DNA of 64,000 nucleotides, taken from positions 24,928,001-24,992,000 of the forward strand of contig CP086569.2 of NCBI GenBank assembly GCA_009914755.4. The letters are read 5' to 3'. This DNA comes from the human T2T-CHM13v2.0 reference genome, Homo sapiens. Position numbers and translations under genes: made by a program. Below the pieces are notes generated by a model. It saw nothing but the letters and a program-made list of their open reading frames with translations, was not told the DNA's origin and made no database searches. Position 1 is the stretch's first letter, and the number at the start of each line of letters is the position of its first letter. Shown here piece after piece: positions 28,034 through 41,900 of this stretch.

Positions 28034-31000
28034 ATTATAGGGGGTGGACCCAAGATGGCCAAATAGGAACAGCTCCAGTCTCCAGCTCCCAGCATGAGTG
28101 AAGCAGAATATGGGAAATTTCTGTATTTCCAATGGAGGTACAGGGTTCATCTCACTGGGGAGTGCCAGACAGTGGGTGCAGGACAGTGGGTGCAGGGCAC
28201 CGTATGTAAGCTGAAGCAGGGCAAGGCATTGCCTCACCCAGGAAGCACAAGGGGTCAGGGAATTCCCTTTCCTAGTCAAAGAAAGGGGTGACAGAGGGCA
28301 CCTGGAAAATCGGGTCACTCCCACCGTAATACTGCACTTTTCCAATGGGCTTAACAAATGGCACACCTGGAGATTTTATCCCACACCTGGCTCAAAGGGA
28401 CCTACACCCATGGAGCCTTGCTCATTGCTAGAACAGCAGTCTGAGATCAAACTGCAAGGTGGCAGCGAGGCTGGGGGAGGGGAGCCCGCCATTGCTTAGG
28501 CTTGAGTAGGTAAACAAAGCCGCAAGGAAGTTCGAACTAGGTGGAGCCCACCATAGCTCAAGGAGGCCTGCCTGCCTCTGTAGGCTCCATCTCTTGGTGC
28601 AGGGCACAGACAAACAAAAGACAGCAATAACCTCTGCAGACTTAAATGTCCCTGTCTGACAGCTTTGAAGAGAGTAGTGATTCTCCCAGCATGCAGATGG
28701 ATATCTGAGAACAGGCAGACTGCCTCCTCAAGTCGGTCCCTGACCCCTGACCCTGAGCAGCCTAACTGGGAGGCACCCATCAGTAGGGGCAGACTGACAC
28801 CTCACACAGCCAGGTACTCCTCTGAGAAAAACTTGCAGAGGAACGATCAGGCAGCAGCATTTGCGGTTCACCAATATCCGCTGTTCTGCAGTCACCACTT
28901 CTGATACCCAGGCAAAGAGGGTATGGGGTAGACCTCCAGTAAACTCCAACAGACCTGCAGCTGAGGTTCCTGACTGTTAGAAGGAAAACTAACAAACAGA
29001 AAGGACATCCACACCAAAAACCCATCTGTACATCACCATCATCAAAGACCAAAGGTAGATAAAACCACAAAGATGGGGACGAAACAGAGTAGAAAAACGG
29101 AAACTCTAAAAATCAGAGTGCCTCTCCTCCTCCAAAGGAAAACAGCTCCTCACCAGCAATGGAACAAAGCTGGATGGAGAATGACTTTGACGAGTTGAGA
29201 GAGGAAGGCTTCAGAAGATCGAACTACTCTGAGCTAAAGGAGGAAGTTCGAACCAATGGCAAAGAAGTTAAAACTTTGAAAAAAATATTAGATGAATGGA
29301 TAACTAGAATAACCAATGCAGAGAAGTCCTTAAAGGAACTGATGGAGCTGAAAACCACAGCATGAGAACTACCTGATGAATGCACAAGCCTCAGTAACCG
29401 ATGCCATCAACTGGAAGAAAGGGTATCAGCGATGGAAGATGAAATGAAGTGGGAAGAGAAGTTTAGAGAAAAAAGAATAAAAAGAAAAGATCAAAGCCTC
29501 CAAGAAATATGGGACTATGTGAAAAGACCAAATCTATGTCTAATTGGTGTACCTGAAAGTGACGGGGAGAATGGAACTAAGTTGGAAAACATTCTGCAGG
29601 ATATTATCCAGGAGAACTTCCCTGACCTAGCAAGGCAGGCCAACATTCAAATTCAGGAAATACAGAGAATGCCACAAAGATACGCCTCGAGAAGAGCAAC
29701 TCCAAGACACATAATAGTCAGATTTACCAAAGTTGAAATGAAGGAAAAAATGTTAGGGCAGCCAGAGAGAAAGATCAGGTTACCCACAAAGGGAAGCCCA
29801 TCAGACTAATAGCTGATCTCTCAGCAGAAACTCTACAAGCCAGAAGAAAGTGGGGTCCAATATTCAACATTCTTAAAGAAAAGAATTTTCAACCCAGGAT
29901 TTCATATGCTGCCAAACTAAGCTTCATAAGTGAAGGAGTAATAAAATATTTACAGACAAGCAAAGGCTGAGAGATTTTTGTCACCACCAGGCCTGCCCCA
30001 AAAGAGCTCCTGAAGGAAGCACTAAACATGGAAAGGAACAATCAGTACCAGCCACTGCAAAAACATGCCAAATTGTAAAGACCATCAAGGCTAGGAAGAA
30101 ACTGCATCAACTAACAAGCAAAATAACCAGCTAACATCATAATGACAGAATCAAATTCACACATAACAATACAACCTTAAATGTAAATGGGATAAATGCT
30201 CCAATTAAAAGGCACAGACTGGCAAATTGGATAAAGAGTCAAGACCCATCAGTGTGTTATATTCAGGAAACCCATCTGATGTGCAGAGACACACATAGGC
30301 TCAAAATAAAGGGATGGAGGAAGATCTACCAAGCAAATGAAAAACCAAAAAAGGCAGAGGTTGCAATCCTAGTCTCAGATAAAACAGACTTTAAACCAAC
30401 AAAGATCAAAAGAGACAAAGAAGACCATTACATAATGGAAGACTTTAACACCCCACTGTCAACATTAGACAGATCAATGAGACAGAAAGTTAACAAGGAT
30501 ATCCAAGAATTGAACTCAGCTCTGCACTAAGCGAACCTAATAGACATCCACAGAACTCTCCACCCCAAATCAACAGAATACACATTCTTTTCAGCACCAC
30601 ACCACACTTATTCCAAAATTGAAAACATAGTTGGAAGTAAAGCACTCCTTAGTAAATGTAAAATACTGGAAATTTTAACAAACGGTTATAATTTCCCCAT
30701 TTATTAAATGCAAAGATTCCCCATTTAATAAATAGTGTTGGGAAAACTGGCTAGCCATATGTAGAAAGCCGAAACCGGATACATTCTTACATCTTATACA
30801 AAAATTAATTAAAGATTGATTAAAGACTTACATGTTAGGCCTAAAACCATAAAAACCCTAGAAGAAAACCTAGGCAATACCATTCAGGACATAAGCATGT
30901 GCATGTCTAAAACACCAAAAGCAATGGCAACAAAAGCCGAAATTGACAAATAGGATCTAATTAAACTAAAGAGCTTCAGCACAGCTGAAGAAACTTCCAT

Positions 31001-31970
31001 CAGAGTGAACAGGCAACCTACAGAATGGGAGAAAATTTCTGCAACCTACTCAGCTGACAAAGCGCTAATATCAAGAATCTGCAAGGAACTCAAACAAATT
31101 TACAAGAAAAAAACAAACAACTCCATCAAAAAGTGGGTGAAGGATATGAATAGATGCTTCTCAAAAGAAGACTTTTATGCAGCCAAAAGACACATGAAAA
31201 AATGCTCATCATCACTGGCCATCAGAGAAATGCAAATCAAAACCACAATGAGATACCATCTCACACCAGTTAGAATGGCTATCATTAAAAAGTTAGGAAA
31301 CAACAGGTCCTGGAGAGGATGTGGTGAAATAGGAATATTTTACACTGTTGGTGGGACTGTAAGCTGGTTCAACCATTGTGGAAGTCAGTGGGTTGATTCC
31401 TCAAGGATCTAGAATTAGAAATACCATTTGATCCAACCATCCCATTACTGGGTATATACCCAAAGGATTATGAATCATGCTGCTATAAGGACACATGTAC
31501 GTGTATGTTTATTGTGGCACTATTCACAATAGGAAAGACTGGGAACCAACCCAAATGTCCAACAATGATAGTCTGGATTAAGAAAATGTGGCACATATAC
31601 ACCATGGAGTACTATGCAGCCATAAAAAATGATGAGTTCATGTCCTTTGTAGGCACATGGATGAAGCTGGAAACCATCATTCTCAGCAAACTATTTCAAG
31701 GACAAAAATACAAACACCGCATGTTCTCACTCATAGGTGGGAATTGAACAGTGAGAACACATGGACAGAGGAAGGGGAACATCAAACCCCAGGGACTGTT
31801 GTTCGGTGGGGGATGGGGGAGGGATAGCATTAGGAGATATGCCTAATGTCAAATGATGAGTTAATGGGTGCAGCACACCAACATGGCACATGTATACCTA
31901 TATAACAAACCTGCACGTTGTGCACATGTACCCTAAAACTTAAAAGTATAACAATAATAATAAGAAGAAG
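28034..31970 (+). mobile_element. L1PA-type L1 (3.9 kb): complete 5'UTR, frameshifted ORF1, ORF2 with a ~2.2-kb internal deletion of the RT domain, 3'UTR and A-rich tail; flanked by a 16-bp TSD
   Basis: 5' end 'gggggtggacccaagatggccaaataggaacagctccagtctccagctcccagcatgagtgaagcag' at 28041. ORF1 start 'atggggacgaaacagagtagaaaaacggaaactct' has a 1-nt deletion causing a frameshift. The ORF2 endonuclease start 'tgtaaatgggataaatgctccaattaaaaggcacagactggcaaattgg' is present. The deletion junction lies near 30700-30720, where '...aaatactggaaattttaacaaacggttataatttcccc' jumps to 'atttaataaatagtgttgggaaaactggctagccatatgtagaaagc'. The 3' end is '...cacatgtaccctaaaacttaaaagtataacaataataataagaagaagaaaag'. 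Confidence 0.9.
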
Positions 31971-31987
31971 AAAAGTAATTACACCAG

Positions 31988-33252
31988 GAAATAGAAAAGC
32001 CAATATTATTGTATTTGCGGATTCTGCAACTTTATTTTTCTACTAGATTTAAATGACAAGAGGTAAGCCACAGTATCTCACAAATGTAATACCAACCAAT
32101 GTGGGAGATTTCCTTGAGCACAGGAGTTTGAGACCAGCCACGGCAACAATGTGTGACTCTGTGTCTACAGAAAATAAACAAAATTATCCAGCTATGGTGG
32201 CATGCACTTCTATCCCAGGTACAGGGAGCTGAGGTGGAAGGATCCCTTGAGCCCATGAGCTTGAGGCTGTAGTGAACAAGGGTTAGCCTGTGTGACTGAA
32301 ACTCTGTCTCAATAAAGTAAAATAAGATAAAGAAATAATAAAGAATAAAACAATAATTACACATCTGTGTTGTTCTCACTCATTGTATAACAAACAATTT
32401 TTGACAATAAAATAGGAAGTTACGGAGAGTACTATAGGTAAATGATTTTTGTATAATATCAACACTCAGTTTTTATAATTCACATTACATAATTACAAAG
32501 TTAAGATATTAATTATAATACCATTAATAATCACTAAGAAAAATACTGTTCAAATATACTGAAGAGAAACATGGAAGTCAAAATGGTACCCTAGAAAAAC
32601 AATCAAATGCAAATTGAACAGTTTTGGGGAAATAGAAGAATAATAACAACAACAAAACTAGTAGAAAAAATGACACAAATAGGAAAATAAATTCTTGTCA
32701 GCAATTGCTTTCCATCCAAATAAACTAAAATCCAGTTAAATGTCAAAGATTAGCAGAGTAACATTTTAAATGTTTTAAAGGTGAGGAAAAAAATAGTGCA
32801 AACAGTAACCAAATTAGAGCTGGAAAAACTGTACAAATATCAAAATTGTTTAATTCATCAAGAAGATACAATACTTATGTATATATCTAATAACACATTC
32901 TCAGGATATATAAAACAAAAATGAATAGATTAGTCTTGGACACCACTCCTGGCCAAGACTCTTTTTTTAAAAACTGAAAAATATATAATGTTGGTAACTA
33001 AAAATTACACTCTTCAACAACCTGTGGTTAACTGAAGAATCTGCAAGGAATTAAATAACTTTTGCAGATAAATAAAAAATTAAAACATACTAAAACTTCT
33101 GAAATGCAGCTAAATCAATGTTGTGAAATATACACATGTAAACATATAGATAAAAAAGAAGAAATGTAAAATTTCTAACATAAATTTACACACAAGGAAG
33201 CAGAAAATGTGCAAAGTAGAGGAGAGTACTTTAAAAAAAAAAAAAAAAAATG
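31988..33252 (+). mobile_element. Continuation of the older L1 material (sense) after the young L1 insertion; includes a partial Alu (+, 32103-32345) and ends in an 18-nt poly-A (33235-33252)
   Basis: L1-like AT-rich coding remnants. The Alu piece is 'gggagatttccttgagcacaggagtttgagaccagccacggcaacaatgtg...ggtggcatgcacttctatcccaggtacagggagctgaggtggaaggatcccttgagcccatgagcttgaggctgtagtgaac'. The poly-A is 'aaaaaaaaaaaaaaaaaa' at 33235-33252. Internal structure is not fully resolved. Confidence 0.5.
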
Positions 33253-36200
33253 GCCTAGTAAAGGAAGCTGCCATCATTGGCCCCCAACACTAACCCCAAA
33301 GAACACACACAGAAAAACCAAACCAAGTACACAGTGCTGAGATTATTACCAGCAATAACGCAGAGCCCAAATATGATAATGAGGCAGCTCCTAGGGTGAC
33401 AGAAAAGTGAAGAAACCAGGCAGATGGTAAGAAAGTTTGCCTTTTATATTCACGACACTCTTCCCCTAGTCAGCTGGCAACCAAGTGTGGAAAAAAACAA
33501 AACAAAACAAAAATCCTCTGACTCATGATTACTACACTGGATAAAATAAAGTTGAAGTGGATGACCAGCTTCCCCACGACTTTGGATTCCCTGGCAGGAG
33601 ACCTATTCCTGCTTTAACCCAAGGAAGCTGGGTTACTCAAAAATACAACAGAGACAAAGTAGAAAGGCAGGACTCCCACCTCCAGCCTGGATATCTCAGT
33701 CACAGGAGATGCCAAACCCGAGTGCCTGTGCAGCATTACCATGGGGTAGGAGGGATATTTCATAATTTCCTTGATCACAAATCTATAGACTGCTTTCCCA
33801 CAGATCCTATAGATCACCTTCAAGATCGCTCAGATAGGAGACTGACTGTTTCAAAGTTTGTTAAAGCTGAGACACACCTGGGATTAAGGCACCATCTACT
33901 GCCAAAACAGAGGCACCGAGCTAGCCAAAAGCAAGTAAACAAAACCCTAACAATGGTTATGTCTTAAAGAAAACTCAAAGCAATCATATACAATAAAATG
34001 CAAACTAAGACAGAGAAAACAAAGGACTAAATAATTAGGCCTTCAATAAAAATATATAGTTATATTACCACAATAAATAACACCAAACAAGAAATTGTAA
34101 CCTCCTTAAATGGACAAAGCCATAAACCATTGACCAGTGCTAATTAATGAGATGGCTACCAGTGGTTATTTGATCAAGAATTCAAAATATCAGTTTTCAG
34201 GAAACTCAGATCTCTAAAACAGCAGAGAAAAGGAACTGATATACTTCTGAAAGAAATTTTTAAAAATGGACTTAATTAATTTAAAAATAAAAAATTTCTG
34301 AAACTGAGAACTATATTTTCTGAAGTAAAAAATTCAAAAGGCTTTCAACAGCAGAATAGGTGAAACAGAATAAAGAATCATTAGCTTTAAAACGAATTAT
34401 TAGGGCCAGGTGTGCCAGCTCATGACTGTAACCACAGCACTTTGGGAGGCTGTGACAGTTTGATCACTTGAGGTTGGCAGTTCATGACCAGTTTGGACAT
34501 CATGGTGAAACTCAGGCTCTACTAAGAATACAAAAAATTCTCTGGGCATAGTGGTGCACACCTCTAATCCCAGCTAATCAGGAGCCTGAGAGAGGAGAAT
34601 CACTCGAACCTGGGAGGCAGATGTTGCAGTGAGTTAATGTCGTGCCATTGAACTCCAGCCTGGGCAACACAATGAGACTTTGTCTCAAAGGAAAAAAAAA
34701 AAAAAGAAAAAAGAAAAGAAAATTAACACAGGTTATTAGGAAACAAACAGAATGAAACACAAAAACAATAAAAAATAGAACATTTACATGATATAAAAAT
34801 TACCTAAAATAAGCAAATCGAAGATTTAGCACTATTCATGGAAGAGCTTAGCAAGAGGAAGGTATATACAGCATATTCACATGAATAATTACAGCTTTCA
34901 AAAATTTGAGAAACAGCTACTTATACAGCTTCAGAAAAATCCTAGACTACAAAAAACTTTAATACCCCATAAAACTACCACACAACAAATAAGAATCTAA
35001 CTCTCAAAGGCCGAGAAATAAAGAAAATTCTAAAAGCAATACTGGCAAATAAACAAAAATTGGAGGAGTTTGAAATCATTCGGCAAAAGACTTGTCAACG
35101 ATAGGTTTTTAAGGAAGACCCAGAATTAAAAATATAAATTGTGACGTCAAAAACATAGTTGGAAGAAAGGGTAAAAGTCTAGAGTTTTTATGTCACAAAA
35201 TTTTCAGCTTAAACTACTTGATTATTAACTATAAGATGTTTTCTCTGAGCCTTTAATGGCCATCAAAAAGTACAGCAGCAAAACCAACGATAAATACAAA
35301 GGAATTAAAGCTTAGCACTACTGAAAATATTTAAATGCTAAACATTTAAAAGCAAACATCAGAGGAAGAAAGGAAATAATCAATCAGATTTTTTCTTGTT
35401 TTCTGACTCAATCAGAAAACAACTAACAAGATAACAGTAGTAAGAACTTACTTATCAATAATTATCTTGAATGTAAATGAATTAAATCATACAACTAAAA
35501 GACATAGAGTGACCAAATGGATTTTAAAAATGAGATTCAACTACATTTTAACTATGAGACCCACTTAATCTTTAAGGACAAACATAGGCTGAAAATGAAT
35601 GAATAGAAGAAGTTAACCTATGAAAATGGTAATTAAAAAAATTAGGGGTGGCTATACTCATATCTGATAAAAGTGATTTCAAGTGAAAACATGTCATAAG
35701 ACTGAAAATGTCATCATTTAATAATAAAGCAATCAATTCATCAAAAGTATATAACTGTCATATATACACACATATGCACTCAACATTGGAGCACCTAAAT
35801 ATTTAAAGCAAAGATAAATAGAAATGAAAAAAAAACAATAAATAAAATAATAGTAGGTAAAATAGTACATAGCAAATAAAACAACAGTAGGAAATTTCAG
35901 TACTTCAACTGCAACAAGGAATAGATAAACTTGACAGATATTTAACAAGTCTTAACAAAATTAAGATGGCTAAAAACATATTTAATATTGTTTCAGGCCA
36001 TCATAGTAGCAAACCAAAAATCAGTAGCAGGATGGATCTTGAAAAAAATCATGAACACATGAACATTTTTAAAATATTGCTCCTAAATAACCATTGATGA
36101 AAAGAAAAATAAAAATGAAAATTTATAAATATCTTCAGATAAATGACAGTGGAAACACAACATACCTAAACCTATGATGTTCAGTGAGGCAGTATTATGA

Positions 36201-38660
36201 TGGAAGATTATAGCAATAAGTGCATGCATTTAAAAAAAAGATAGAGATTCCAAATAAGCAACATCTCATTGTACCTACTGAATTAGAAGACAAAACAACT
36301 AAATTCAAAATTAACACAATAAATAGAATAATAATTAAAACAGAAGCAAAGCAAACATAGCTAGATGAAGAAAAAAATGACTGAAAAACAATAAAAAATT
36401 AAGTTATAGAAATTACAATAAACAAACAAACAAAACAATTACAAATGATGGATGAGGAGTGATTTTATAAGGCTTTCCAACAAAGAAAAGGTAAACAACA
36501 AATGGCTTTGGAGATGAATTCTACCATATTTTCAGAAAAGAATATTAATATGCTTCAAAGTCTTCAAAAAAAGAAGTTAAATGTAATGCTTCCAAATTTT
36601 TTTTATGAGTCCTGTATCATCTTGATACTAAGGCAAACAAAAACATCATGAGAAGTGAGAACTATAGGCCATTACCTCTGATAAACATTGGACCAAAAAT
36701 CCCTAATAAAATATGAGCAATCTGAATCCAGCAACATGCCAAAAATATTATACATCGTGGCCAAGATTTTACATCCCTGTCATGCAAGGCTGGTTATGTA
36801 TACAAATAAATCAATGTGATTCATCACATTAACAGAATAAAAGATTAAAAGCATGTATACATCCCAATTAATGTGGAAAACACTTTGGAAAATCCCAACA
36901 ATCTTTCTTGATTAAAAAACCCTCAACAGTTTAAGTATAGAAATAAAGGGTTGTTTTTTTTTTTGTAATAAAGGCCATTTAAGAAAAAAAGGAAAAGCTA
37001 ACTTTATCATTAACAAGGAAAAATTGATGGTTTTCCAAAGACATCTGGTACAACACGAGGATGCCCACTCTCCCCACTTGTATTTAACATAGTTCTGAAA
37101 GTACTGGCAAGAGTAATCGGGTAAGAAAAAAAAAAAGCAAGGCAGACAAATTATAGAGCAAGAAATAAAATTATCTCTATTTGCAGATGACAGACTCCTA
37201 TATGTATAAACAGCTCAAATATTCTATTTAGGAAACTTTTATAAGTAATGAATAAATTTAGTAAAGTCATTGTACACATAATTACCTAACTGAAAAAGAA
37301 ATAAACTCTTCTCATTTATAAGCATATCAAAGAAGTTAAATTCTTAAGAAAAAATTTATCCAGAAAGTAAAAGATGTCTCCACTGAAAACTATGAAATGT
37401 TGATAAAAGCAATTGAAGAAGACACAAATAAATGGAAAGGTGGTCCATGCTTATGGATTGGGAGAGTTAATATTGTTAAAATGTTTTTAGCATCCAAAGC
37501 AATACACAGATTCAATGCTAGCCAATCAAAATTTCAATGGCATTCTTCATAGAAATAGAAAACAAAATATAAAATTTATATAGCAATCTGGAAGTCTTTC
37601 AATTGTCAAAACAATTCTTAATAAAGAAAAATGAAGTAGGAGGAATCACCCTACCTTATTTGCAACTGGCATGAACATGGAATCCTGGCCAAATGAACAG
37701 AGCAGAGAGTCCAGAAATAAATCCAATCATATATAGTCAATTAATTTTTGAATTGTGCAGCAAAATGATATGATAGAAGGGGATCATCTCTCCTATGAGC
37801 AGTGCTGGGAAAACTAGATTTCCACACGCAAAAGAACAAAATTGGACCCACATTTTACATCATACACAAAAATCAACTGAGGATATGTTGAAAATAAATG
37901 AGCAAGACTGCATTCAATGAAAAAGCGTTTGCACAGTAAAGGAAACAATCAACAAAATAAAAATAGCCTAAATGTTGGAAAAAATGTTTTCAAGCTACAT
38001 ATATGATGATGGGTTAAAATCTAAAACTTATAAAGAACTTGTACAACTCAATAGTAGAAAAACAAATAAACACACTAAAAGATGGGCAAAAGCTCTGAAT
38101 TAACATTTCTCCAAGGAACACAAAAATGGGCAACAGGTATTTAAAACATATTTGACATCATTAATCATCAGAAAATTTTAAATCAAAAGTACTTTGAGAC
38201 ATTACATAACTCACATCGGGATGGCTATTATCAAAAACTCAAAAGATCACAAATGTTGGCTAGGATGTAGAGAAAATCAGACTCTTGAAGAGTGTTGTTG
38301 GTGATATATAGCCATTATAAAAATTGATATGGAGGTTTCTGGAAAATTAAAAATAGAACAACCATATGCCTCACCAACTCTTCCTTTAGACATATAAACA
38401 AAGGGAATCACTACCTCATAGAGGTATCTGTACTCTCATGTTCATTGCAGCATTATTAACAATAGCTAAGATATGAAAAAAATCTTACTGTCCAGTATAA
38501 TGAAGTATTATTTAGCCCTGAACAAGAGTGAGATCTTGCCATTTGCCAAAACCTGAGGACCTTGGAGGAAAACATGCTAAGTGAAATCAACTAAACACAG
38601 AGAGAAAAATACTGTGTAATATCACAATATTTTTGTGAGGGAGAGTGATGCCAGCCTTTT
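33253..38660 (+). mobile_element. Second old L1 (L1MA/L1PB-class), nearly full length (5' region, ORF1, ORF2, 3' end), sense; carries an Alu at 34403-34730
   Basis: ORF2 RT region 34760-38660 translates in frame to '...FMSPVSS.YQGKQKHHEK.ELWAITSDKHWTKNP..NMSNLNPATCQKYYTSWPRFYIPVMQGWLCIQINQCDSSH.QNKRLKACIHPN.CGKHFGKSQQSFLIKKPSTV' (stops shown as dots), matching L1 ORF2 '[80 protein letters not shown]'. The 3'-terminal block is 'aaacatgctaagtgaaatcaactaaacacagagagaaaaatactgtgtaatatcacaatattt'. Confidence 0.75.
34403..34730 (+). mobile_element. Alu SINE nested in the old L1
   Basis: 'gggccaggtgtgccagctcatgactgtaaccacagcactttgggaggctgtgacagtttgatcacttgaggttggcagttcatgaccagtttggacatcatggtgaaactcaggctctactaagaatacaaaaaattctctgggcatagtggtgcacacctctaatcccagctaatcaggagcctgagagaggagaatcactcgaacctgggaggcagatgttgcagtgag...tgtctcaaaggaaaaaaaaaaaaaag'. 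Confidence 0.9.
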
Positions 38661-38947
38661 TTTTAAAATCTGTTTTCAAAAGCTAATAGAACAAGATCTC
38701 CCTCCTTGTCACAAGAATGATACCGAACTCTTCATAAGGGATCCACCCTCATGAACCGAGCATCTCCCACTCAACCTCACCTCCAACACTGGGGATCAAA
38801 TTTCAACATGTAGTTTGTAAAGGCAAATATCCAAACTATAGCAGTAACTATGTGAGATTACAAACATGTTAATTTGCTTCAGTATAGTAGCCTTTGAAAT
38901 ATCAAAATACATCCCATAGCATCATGTAGTACACATGAAATGCACAT

Positions 38948-38961
38948 AATAGGATGCATTT
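38948..38961. repeat. Target-site duplication of the full-length minus-strand L1 (copy at the 3' end; partner at 45094-45107)
   Basis: 'cacataataggatgcattt' lies at 38943-38961 and 'aaaaataaataggatgcattt' at 45087-45107. The shared core is 'aataggatgcattt', extendable to 'ataa(a)taggatgcattt' with one indel. Confidence 0.85.
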
Positions 38962-41900
38962 ATTTATTTGTTTATTTATTTATTATACTTTAAGTTCTAG
39001 GGTACATGTGCACAACATGCAGGTTTGATACATATGTATTCATGTGCCATGTTGCTTTGCTGCCCCCATCAATTCATCATTTACATTAGATATTTCTCTT
39101 AATGCTATCCCTCCCCAAGTCCCCCACTCCCCACCGCCAGACAGGACCCAGTGTGTGATGTTCCCTGCCCTGTGTCCAAGTGATCTCATTGTTCAAAATT
39201 TCCACCTATGAATGAGAACACGCAGTGTTTGGTTTTCTGGCGTTGTGATAGTTGGCTGAGAATGATGGCTTCCAGCTTAATCCATGTCCCTGCAAAGGAC
39301 ATAAACTCATCCATTTTTATGGCTGCATAGTATTACAAGGTGTATATGTGTCACATTTTCTTAATCCAGTCTATCATTGATGGACATTTGGATTGGTTCC
39401 AAGTCTTTGGTATTGTGAATAGTGCCACAATAAACATATGTGTGCATGTGTCTTTATAGTAACATGATTTATAATTTTTTGGGTATATATCCAGTAAAAA
39501 GATTGCTGGATCAAATGGTAATTCTAGTTCTAGATCTTTGAGGAATTTCCACACTGTCTTCCAAAATGGTTGAACTAATTTACACTCCCACCAACAGTGT
39601 AAAAGCATGCCTGTTTCTCCACATCCACTCCAGCATCTGTTGTTTCCTGACTTTTTAATGATTGCCATTGTAATTGGTGTCAGATGTTGTGTGATTTTGG
39701 TTTTGATTTGCATTTATCTGATAACCAGTGATGATGAACATTGTTTCATGTGTCTATTGGCCACTCAGATGTGTTTTTTTGAGAAGTATGTGTTCATATC
39801 CTTTGTCCACTTTTTGGTGAAATTTTTTTCATGTAAATTTGGTTTCTTTGTAGATTCTGAATGTCAGTCTTTTGTCAGATGGGTAGATTGCAAAAATTTT
39901 CTCCCATTCTGTAGCTTTCCTGTTCACTCAAATGTAGTTTCTTTGGCCGTGCAGAAGCTCTTTAGTTGAATTAGATTTCATTTGTCTATTTTAGCTTTGG
40001 TTGCCATTGCTTTTGGTGTTTTAGTCATGAAGTCCTTGCCCATTGCCTATGTCATGAATGGTATTGGCTAGGTTTTCCTCTAGGGTTTTTATGGTTTTAG
40101 GTCTAATATTTAAGTCTATAATCCATTTTCAATTAATTTTTGTGTTAGGTGTAATTAAGGGATGCAGCTTCAACTTTCTACAAATGGCCAGCCAGTTTTC
40201 CCAGCACCATTTATTAAACAGGGACTCCTTTCCCCATTTCTTCTTTTTGTCAGGTTTGTCAAAGATAAGATGATTGTAGATGTGTGTTTTTATTTCTGAG
40301 GCCTCTCTTTTGATCCATTGGTCAATGTATCTGTTTTGGTAACACTACTATGCAGTTTTGGTTACTGTAGCCTTGTAGTATAGTTTGAAGTCAGGTAGCG
40401 TGATGCCTACAGCTTTGTTCTTTTTGCTTAGGATTGTCTTGGCAATGTGGGCTTTTTTGTGTTCCATATGAATTTTAAAGTAGTTTTTCCAATTCTGTGA
40501 AGAAAGTCTTTGTTAGCTTGATGGGGATGACCTTGAATGTACAAATTACTTTGGGTACAATGGCCATTTTCAAGATATTGGTTCTTCTTATCCATGATCA
40601 TAGAATATTCTTCCATTTGTTTGTGTCCTTTTTTATTTCGTTGAACAGCGGTTTGTTGTTCTCCTTGAACGGGTCCTTCACATCCCTTGTATGTTTCATT
40701 CCTACATATTTTATTCTCTTTGTAGCAATTATGAATGGGAATCCACTCATGATTTGGCTCTCTGTTTGTCTGTTAATGGTGTATAGGAATGCTTGTCATT
40801 TTTGCACATTTATTTTTGTATCCTGAGACTTTATTGAAGTTGCTTATCAGCTTAAGGAGATTTTGGGATGAGATGACAGGGTTTTCTAAATATACAATCA
40901 TGTCATCAGAAAACAGGGATGATTTGACTCACTCATTTCCTAATTGAATACTCTTTATTTCTTTCTCTTGTCTGATTGCCCTGGCCAGAACTTCCAACAC
41001 TATGTTGAATAGAAGTGAGCATCCTTGTCAAGAGAAGGCATCCTTGTCTTGTGCCGGTTTTCATAGGAAATGCTTCCAGTATTTGCCCACTCAGTATGAT
41101 ATTGGCTGTGGGCTTGTCACAAGGAGCTTTTATTATTTCGAGATACATTTCTGTCAATACCTACTTTATTGAGAGTTTTTAGCATGAAGGGCTATTGGAT
41201 TTTGTTGAAGGCTTTTCTGCATCTGTTGAGATAATCATGTGGTTTTTGTCATTGGTACTGTTTATGTGATGGATTATATTTATTGATTTGTGTATGTTGA
41301 ACCAGACTTGTATCCAAGGGATGAAGCTTACATGATCATGGTAGAGAAGATTTTTGATGTGGTGGTGGATTCTGTTTGCCAGTATTTTATTGAGGATTTT
41401 TGCATTGACGTTCTTCAGGGATATTGGTCTAAAATTCTCTTTTTTTATTGGTATCAGAATTATGTTGGCCTCATAAAATAAGTTAGGGATGATTTCTTCT
41501 TTTTTATTGATTGGAATAGTTTCAGAAGGAGTGGTACCAGCTCCTCTTTGTACATCTGGTAGAATTCAGCTGTGAATCAAACTGGTCCTGGACTTTTGTT
41601 TTTGGTTGGTAGGCTATTAATTATTTCCTCAATTTCATAGCCTGTTATTGGTCTATTCAGAGATCCAATTCTTCCTGCTTTTGCTTTGTGAGGGTTTGTT
41701 TGTCCAGGAATTTATCCATTTCTTCTAGATTTTCTAGTTTATTTGTGCAGAGGTGTTTACAGTTTTCTCTGATGGTAGTTTGTATTTCTGTAGGGTCGGT
41801 GGTGATATCCCATTTATCATTTTTATTGCATCTATTTGATTCTTCTCTCTTTTCTTCTTTATTAGTCTTGCTAGTGGTCTATCAATTTGGTTGACCTTTT

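Noticed and set aside
31005-31747. 135-aa and 80-aa plus-strand ORFs
   Set aside because: Both are pieces of L1 ORF2 (…[53 protein letters not shown]… and …[37 protein letters not shown]…) in the internally deleted L1 at 28034-31970.
33557-33967. 136-aa plus-strand ORF
   Set aside because: It lies in the 5'UTR/leader region of an old L1 and has no recognisable domain. It is a chance ORF in repeat DNA.
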